From Aplysia californica (Eukaryota), in NCBI RefSeq assembly GCF_000002075.1, contig NW_004797329.1, positions 92,457-156,456 of the forward strand: a DNA stretch of 64,000 nt, in the 5' to 3' direction. The notes under the pieces are model-generated. The model worked only from the letters and a program-made list of their open reading frames with translations, ran no database searches and was not told the origin of the DNA. This document shows, one piece after another, positions 52,401 through 61,400 of the stretch. Every line of letters begins with the position of its first letter. Within the stretch, counting starts at the first letter, position 1. Made by a program: the position numbers and the translations under genes.

Positions 52401-55400
52401 CTTCTTGATCTGGAGGCAGAAAAGGAGAAACTGTTACAGGATCAGGCAGAGAGTGAGGCAAAGTTGAAAGATGATTTAAATGAGAGAGAGAAGGTGGTGG
52501 AAGAGCTGCAAAAGAAGTATGATGAGCTGAAGGAAGGAATGAGCGAAGAAGTGCTGCATATGGAGCAGGAGATGCAAAGGAGTAAACAAGCACGGGTGAT
52601 AAGAAGGTCGCCGGAGGAGGAAGAGAAGGAGGAGTTGGAAAAGGAGGAGATGAGAAACAGAGTACAGGAGTTAGAGACGAAACTGTTACAAGCGTCTGAT
52701 GAACTTGTGGATGTGTCCTCCCGGCTGAAGCTCAATGAGGAGAGATTGTCCCAAACCGCGCAGCAGCTATCAGAACGGGAGGAACAGCTGCAACAGCTTC
52801 AGATTGAGGTGCAACTTCAGCAACAGCAAGAGGCTGAGAACAACAGCGCTCAGCAGCAAAAGTCTGCCGAAGCTGGGGTAAAAGCTGAAGAACTTGAGAG
52901 GCTGCTGCGTGAGGCCGAGGACAGAGCAGAACAGGCGTCCATCAATGCTGCAGAGTTGAGTCAGTTAAAGGCTTCTTTAGAGCTAGACCTGGAGGAGGTG
53001 AGGAGAAAAGAGGCGGAGAAATCTTTCACTTCTGCAGAAGCTAGAAGCGATGAGAGTTTGTTGGCTGGCACAGAGTTGTCCCGCATGGCTCGGTGGGAGT
53101 CTGAGCCAGCAGGTCTCGCGTTGGGACACCGAGACAGTTTCTATCTGCGTTTCCGCATGACAGAAGTCGAGCGCATGTCGAGACAGCAGCAGCAGGAACT
53201 AGCGGCCAAGAATCAAGAACTGGACAGAGTGCGGTCAGACCTGGAGACCTGGCTCAAAGCTGGCAAAGGTCAAGATGCTCTCAAGGTCACCATCAAGGTG
53301 AGTGACGAATGAAACTTGTGTGCCGATTTATATTTTTTTATAAAAAGAAGACTGCAACTAGGAGTTCTGTGTTTTAGCTTTATCAATTGTTTGTTGTTTT
53401 TTTTGTGATGGACATAATTCTTCTGTATGGTCTTCTTTTAATTCATGTTTCTGGCTGGACTTTCTTGAATGTGGTTCTGGTTCACCCAACTCAGTGATTC
53501 CTGTAAGTTCCCCTCCAACGGGTCTGATGTGTGTCTTTGTTTCTAAATTCCTTTCTATTCTCTCTTTTTGTCTCAACAAGGATATTGTTCTTTGCAGTGG
53601 ATGATTTTCCCGTCTTTGTTCCATGTATATATGTCAAATTGTTGGGTGTGTTCTTTTCCATCTGTCATTTTTTAACATCGGTCTTTTCAATGTGAATCTG
53701 TAGTGTTGTGTTTATTATTTTTTTCCTCTTATCTTTGTCCACTTTTATTGTGACATTTTGTTTTTTACAAATTGGCAATTAATACACAACTCTGGTTTCT
53801 GTGTATCAGTTTTTCACAAACTTGTTTTATGGACAGCAGTACAAGTTCAGGTAGAGTATACATAGAATGCTCACATACAGTACTTAGACAATAGAAAGTA
53901 ATTTAAATACTAATTACTCACCATGTTTCGTATATCTCTCAAGTTAGACTTCTCTGCTGCATGAGAAATCGTTTAGAGTAATCAAACATGAGGTGTTGGG
54001 TCTAAGAATGTATATTTTTGTTTTCTAACATGCACTCATTTCTTCCTGGAAATCTAGCTGCTTGACTACCTTTTTCAGCTTAATACGATTTTTCATCATA
54101 GTACAAACGTTCTGTCTCACAGGAAAAAGAAACCATCATCGTATCCCTACAAACAGAAATAGAAACTCTGAAATCCCATGTCGAAGAAAAGAATCGTCAG
54201 ATCGATTTTATGAAAGACGAAATGAGCACCCTGACTCACTCAAGTCGTGTAGATCTGGCAGCAAAAGACCACACAATAACAGAGCTTCAGGAGCAAATCT
54301 ATGTGCTCAAAAACTTCTCATCCGTGACACCACCTTCATCACCACCAAGGTCGGGAGCGACAGCGCCAGGGCAAGCTTTGTCCCCAGAAACAAAGGGGCA
54401 GATCTCACAGCTCAAGTTGCAGCTGCGGAAGGCTCAGTCTGGTGAGTCTTTTTCTTTGTATTCCCATGCTTGATGTCAGGGGTAGTTGAGTGCTAAAGAA
54501 ACATATGTAACTGTTTTTACTACTTTAGCCACATTACGGTTTTGAAGGTAGGCTACTCTCTATATTTTTTTTAACTGTCAAGAGAATTTTGAGTTTTTGT
54601 AGGAATTAATTTTGAGTTTTGCCTGACCTACTCGTTGGACCACCACAGGATCTGATGAGCCACTATTTATTTAATCGAATGAAGTAGATTTTCTCAAACC
54701 ATTCATATATTTCATTTTAATGTCTTTTGTGTAGGCCTAATGAAATATTTCTTGAGTAGGTACTATATATTTTTTATATTACACAAAAATGATTAGCAAG
54801 TAAATTCAAATTGTGGGTATACCAGTTTAAGTGAAATGCAATTTTCATTTCAGTACAAAGGAAAAGGGATCCATATTTATGTGAAAGTTTTTTTAAGGAT
54901 ATTTTCCTGAGATTGTTTTTGGAACTAAAACTAAAAGCTTGAAATTGAAAAGAAAGGTCCTTAACACCTGATAAAGACTGAACTTGGGAAGTATTTTGTG
55001 CGAGTATCAACACTTGTCATTTTGGACATCTTCCTGTTTCCCACTGGCAAATAAACCGTATTGGGAGCAAATGTGTATATGCAAACATAAGCATATTTTA
55101 GTCATAGGAATGCCTTTTCTATACTGCTGCACAAGTATAATTTTTGCTCCTGTACTTAGTACATTTTTTGGGATTGATGGAATAGTGTTGAACTGACAAC
55201 TGTTAATTTTTCTCACCTTTATGCAAGCTCTGAAATGTTGCTAGGTTCCTTTTTATTTTGACAAAACTATTTCAAGTAAGGGTATCTTTCGCTGTTGCTT
55301 TTTAAAAAGTCTATTAATAAGGGGATGGGAAAAAGGTTTTCATATGAGCATTGCACCGAGGTGAGACTTTGTTTCTGCTGAGGCCATTTACTACCAGACT

Positions 55401-58400
55401 GAGATAGAGTATAGAATCTTTGTTTCCTTTGTATCTTTTTCAGCTCTTGAGGAGATGCAAGGCCGACAAGGCTCACGTCAAGAAACTGAGGACTTCGAAC
55501 AGGCGGAGCTGCAGAGGCAAAGGGAACTGGAAGAACAGTCGAAGTCACGTACTAGAGAGAACGATGTACAGGTAAATCCCATTTGTGTCCATGATGTTGT
55601 CTTAACTTTGAGTGTCTGAGATGGAACAGGAAGCGAGGAATGCATGAAAAAAGTTGATTCAAAGTATGGGGAGTGTGAAAATGATCATAGTGTTTTGTAC
55701 TCCCCCATCAATAGACCATGTAGGAGATAGACTTCTTCCACTCTACCTGTCTGAACCAACCCAAGCTGACCAGTGACATCATGTCCCAGCCGAAGAAAAG
55801 AAAAATGTGAAAATCAGTCTTCTCCCAATAATTTGTCGACATTTGAACATGGTAGATCATTCATTCAGCTTGCTTTGGTCTACAGTTTCTTTATTAATCC
55901 TGCTGCTTCCTAAACTATGTTCCTGTGCTCTTTGTTGCTCATTCAGTCTGTGAGGGAAGAACTGCAGGAAGAACACGAGCGACAAATGTCACAGCTCAGG
56001 TCTCAGCTCCAGCAGGAAGTGGACAGTAAAGTGGAGGAGTTGCAGGCTCAGCATGATCAAGATCTCCGGGAGTTGAGACAACTTCAGGTAAGTAACAGTC
56101 ACACACGCATATGTATGGAGAGAGAGAGAGAGAGAGAGAGGGAGGGAGGGAGGGACGGATGGACGGACGGACAGTTATGGTTGTGAGTCGTTCATCAGGT
56201 CAGTGCAGATGAATAGAAAGATCTACACACAGAGGCTGCAAAGGACTAATTACTTTACCTTTGTTTAGCCAACTGTTTTGCAGAATATTGCAAAGATTTA
56301 AATATGACTTTTGAAGCCAGAATCACTCGCACATAAAAATCTAGGAACACTCTCCCTCTCCCAACAATTTTGGACCTACCAAATATCTCTGTCCCATAAT
56401 TTCTTTAGCAGCATGTTTCAAGCACAATAGTTTGGTTGCAAAGTTACAATTCGTAAACCTATTTGCTTCTTAGTCATGATAATTGTTATTTGAAACATGT
56501 GCATAATAGCCTTTTCAGCATAAAAGTAGAAAGGTTTCAAGCCACAAGCATGTATTTCCCAAAAAAAAATTTTAAGAAAAGAAAAAATATTTGATATTCG
56601 AGTACACAATTGTAATGCAGGCAAGTAGCTATTTATGATGAATGTGGAGAAAAAAACAACAACAATAATGCAGCATCTACTCAGTGGACATGCTGTCCAA
56701 TAACAGTTAAGAAAGGATAAAAAAGCAGTCTGAATGCAGTGATGTTGTCTTGTGCAACATACAGGATTACAGGTTCTAGATATTGATATCTGTGTAGTAA
56801 GTATTTTGGCCCCGCCTTGGGATGATACTTGCAAACAATTTGTTTCAAAGATTGCATACAACACTGATTAACTTAACAAGACCTCCACTTAAAAATCTTA
56901 TTTAATACCGCACATCTTTCCTCAGTTTTGTAATCAAAGTGGGTACTGTGGTGTGGTCTGCCCCTTCTGCTTCTTTTCAATGTTTCTTTTGTCCTAATGT
57001 GTTTCTTGTGAAATGTGTCTGTTGTGTTTGCTGACTAGCAGTATTCTGTGGTCCAGAAATGACTAGGCAACTGATGTATGGAAGGCAGTATTTCAGAATG
57101 TCATGAAGGTTTTCATTCCATGAGGCCTCTCATAAGATAACAGAAAGGAGAATACAGAATCAGAAGCATTACATCACCTACTCCAGCCAACTGACCCTTG
57201 ACTCAACGAGTGTAACTTATATGTCTTTATCACGCAACTGGCTGTTCTGACCGATGGTGGTCCATTTCATGTCGTGACTGGTCACTGGTCATCAATGAAG
57301 AGTGGACTTATCTCTTATCTCTTATGACAAACTTTACTCTTGAGGTGTGAGAGTTCACACTAGTGATATTGATTGACTGAAGCTTCACAGATTCAGATTA
57401 AACAGTTCTAATGTAGCAAGTGTGGTGAGTTTTGGTTGTATCTTTATTATCTTCAGTGAAAAAAATATGCAGCAGTGATGGTTGATGGTGTGGCTTTTTG
57501 TTTCTATTTTATTTGTGTAACCCATCTATTTACCCGCCTAACTTGTATTTCATAAACCTACTTTTAGGTATAGTACTTATGAGGGCTTTTGTGTGCTGAA
57601 GTATTGTACGTTTTGAAATGTAATTAGTTCAAATAATAATTTTTAACCCTATCCTTCTTCCTCCTAACTCTCCCCTTTAATGTGCTGGTAGTCTTGGGTA
57701 AATGTTTGCATTCAGCAAAATAATAATGACAATTATTCCGTAATTATTAAACAGCGCGTGATTGGCATCTATCGTCCTTATCTCTCCTCCTCCTCTTGTT
57801 TGCATGTTACACTCTGGTAACAACTCCCCTAATCTTCGGCAGTTATATGACCTGTTTGTGCTGCAAGTGAAGGCGATAAAACTCTTATAAAAAACTAAAA
57901 TGCTAAAAATCCTTTATAAAAATTTGACTGACAGGAGCGAAAACTGGAACAAGCACTGGAGGAACAGAAAGAAAATCTGCAACAGGAGCGACAGACAGAG
58001 TTACACGCCTTGGGGCTTGACCATCAGGAAGAGTTGGATCGCCTCAGGGACAGAGAGTTTGGTCAGTTGAGATTTTTAGGTTGCAAGGTTTAGCTATTAA
58101 TAATAATGTTGTACTGTCAATAGAGTTTTTTTTACATATGAAACTGCTGGCCAATTCTTTAACCAGAAGAGGAAAGCCACGAAAATGATTGATAGTAAGA
58201 GTTTACAATACCCGGGAAGTATTGCATGTACTGCCCTCGAATAGTTCTGATAACAATGATTTGAATGTGATTTAGTTTTTTTGCCGTTTGAATTATGTAT
58301 GTTTTGAGTGTTTGAATGTGAATTGTACAGTGTGAGTGATGTTAAGTGAGAGAGGCCAGATATTCCAAGGTAATGCCAGGTTGTTTTTTTTACAATTTTC

Positions 58401-61400
58401 TTCTCTGCAGTTGTTTTATATATCTTAATTACCCATGTTCATAATTAGGTGTCCAGTCTCTCTTAATACATTAATGTCTTTTGACATCTTTTTAGTGGAA
58501 AGACTTTGGGGTATATTTTTAACTTTACCATTGGGTGATTTGCAGATTATTCTTTTTTCCTTTTTCTTATTTTGATTCTTGCTGTCTTTTATATTCCTTA
58601 CTCCACATGACTGCTGTGGCACATTTTTTTTATCCACTTAACATTTATGTCAATATTTTAGATTGTAATTTAAGTTGGATTGGAATTTGTTTCATGCAAT
58701 GTTTTCCTCTAGGCTCAGTGATCTAATTGAGGAAATTTGTTCCCAAGCTTTTAAATGTCCTATATTATGTTAACAGGAGTAGGAATTTTCAGTTTTAAAA
58801 AGTGCATTTATTCAAGAACTTTTATGTTGTTACTATATTTTGTTTGGATTCCAACAAAAACGACTTAAAGATATAAACAAATGAATATTTTGCTTTTAAA
58901 TTCAGCCAGGTTTTATGATGGTTGAACTGTTCATTGTGCTGGATTTCTCTTACTTATTCTTTTCATTAATGAATGTTCCACACTGGATTTTTTCAACACT
59001 GCACAGCATAAAAATAAACATTGCAAGGGTGTTTTTGTTGTTTTTTTCTAACAGAGAAACTGAACTTTGGGAACCAGTCTGAAAGTCAAGACGCATCAGC
59101 TCGGTCATCGGTGAGTGGGGACGCTGCCATGCCAGAGCGCTTACAGGTAACATGGGCCTGGGATGTCCACGTTACAGTTGTTCTCTAATTTTAGATTTTT
59201 ATGCCCTTTGTGTTGTTAAAAAAATTTTTTTTAGGAACAAACAGCAAAAAGATAGAGAGGGCAGGAAATCAATAAAAATGAAAATTGTTGCAGTTGCATT
59301 AGGTTTTCAGATTATTTTTTGTTTTTGTTTTTGAGTGCCCAAGGGTATTCTTGTTGGGCTTTTTGTGTGAGGTTAGCTGAAGGGAGGGGGGGGGAGGAGT
59401 CCTTGAACCCCAGAGGGAGGAAACATTGATTTGTGTTAATGACAACTTGTGATGAAAGCATGGATTTTGCTGCATGTGTTATATGAGTGTGAAAAAGGAT
59501 GGCCTGGGGCTTGGGGGGGGGGGGGGGGGGATGGGTATATATGTCTTTCCTGCCAAACATCTGTTGCCCTTATCTCTCCTTATTTTATTCCCTTTACTCC
59601 TTTATAACATCGAATCTCTCATTACCTAATAGTGTTGAAAGGACGATAAAACTGTTACAAAAAAAATTTTTAAGCAACAATTTGAATAAGTGTTCATTGC
59701 GGGCAGTATTGCATACAGACGTAAGTCATTCTTGACAACTTTTGAGATAGGTCTGTATTCAATACTTCCAGCGCAATGTATTTCTCATTATTATTGTTAC
59801 TGTTATTATTACTATTTCTCATTGTCTTCCCATCCTAGGCTCTTCTCACTCGATTGAATCAGGTTGGAGAGCAGCTGCTGAGCGTGTCCGACCTGAGGTA
59901 CCTCCAGCAGTACCTGTCACCGGCCAGCCAGTCCACACGCTCCCCCGACACACTGGTCTGGAGCGAGGAGCGCCGCGGGCTGATGGACACCATAGATGCG
60001 CTGAAAGACTTGCATGAGCTGGCGGACAGGCTCGTCAGGGTGAGTTGGTGTGGTGTCGATATGTGGATTTTTGGTTTATATTCTTTTTGTGTGGTGCAGT
60101 AGTTATGGTGTTGGAGCCTCTGTGGAATGTCTGTCTCTAATTGGACTGAGTGAAGTATGTTGATGGAGAACGGTACATATATATTTATATGTGCGTATGT
60201 GTGCACACACATGGACACACACGCATGCAGTGCACGCACGCTTGCTTGCATGCATATAGACACACATGTGCATGGGCGCACGCACACACACACACACACA
60301 TATATACGTACAAACACTTACTTGCACACACAGACACAGAACACATACATGTGCGAACACAGACACATACTGGCACATAAAGACATACTTGAACACACTC
60401 ACACACACACACACACTCACACACACAAACACACTTGTGCACACATGTTTATTAATTGGCACATCAGGATGTACATGTATACACAGATACATGCTTCATC
60501 ACCAATGTACGTTCTCCCATTCATACATTCAGACCTGCCCCGACATGCAGATATTCGTACATCAGTTCAGGTAAACCTACGCATGTACCAACAAACACTC
60601 ACANNNNNNNNNNNNNNNNNNNNNNNNNNNNNNNNNNNNNNNNNNNNNNNNNNNNNNNNNNNNNNNNNNNNNNNNNNNNNNNNNNNNNNNNNNNNNNNNN
60701 NNNNNNNNNNNNNNNNNNNNNNNNNNNNNNNNNNNNNNNNNNNNNNNNNNNNNNNNNNNNNNNNNNNNNNNNNNNNNNNNNNNNNNNNNNNNNNNNNNNN
60801 NNNNNNNNNNNNNNNNNNNNNNNNNNNNNNNNNNNNNNNNNNNNNNNNNNNNNNNNNNNNNNNNNNNNNNNNNNNNNNNNNNNNNNNNACTACCCAATCT
60901 GATCACCTGTACACCTGTTTGTCATCAGGACAATGAAGAGACAGATGACTGGAGGTCCGATCTGGTCCAAGCTATGGTCATGGTCTATGATAAAGAGAAG
61001 CGGGTTCTGTCTGCGGAGGTCAACACTTCTGACGTGCTCTTCCCAGAAATGGACATTGTTTCTCAGCTTGAGTCCAGAATTCATGACCTGGTAGGTGACA
61101 GAAAGCAGTGTGGTCTTTCATGTTTTAGTAAGAGTTTTACAGTACTTGCAACACAATTGGGTCATATAAGTGCCAAAGATTAGAGGTAATAGGAGAGAGT
61201 AACAAACAAAAACAAAAAAAGAGGAGGAGAGATATGGATAATAGATGTTTGATAGGAAAGAAGGAGCAAACCACACCACAGCTCCCGCCATTCACTCATT
61301 GGTCTTTCTTTAAAAATTTTATAAGAAACATTCCTCAAACCTGTCTTTTAGATGTATTTAAGGAGACTGAATTAAGGGTGGGAGGGGGAGAAAGAGGGCT

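Noticed and set aside
51634-52735. Minus-strand ORFs over exon 30 (and over exons 5, 6, 7, 17)
   Set aside because: Antisense shadows of E/Q/K-rich coding sequence; no independent gene structure.
60103-60936. Long His/Thr- or Cys/Val-rich ORFs
   Set aside because: Translations of CA-rich simple repeats and an N gap.
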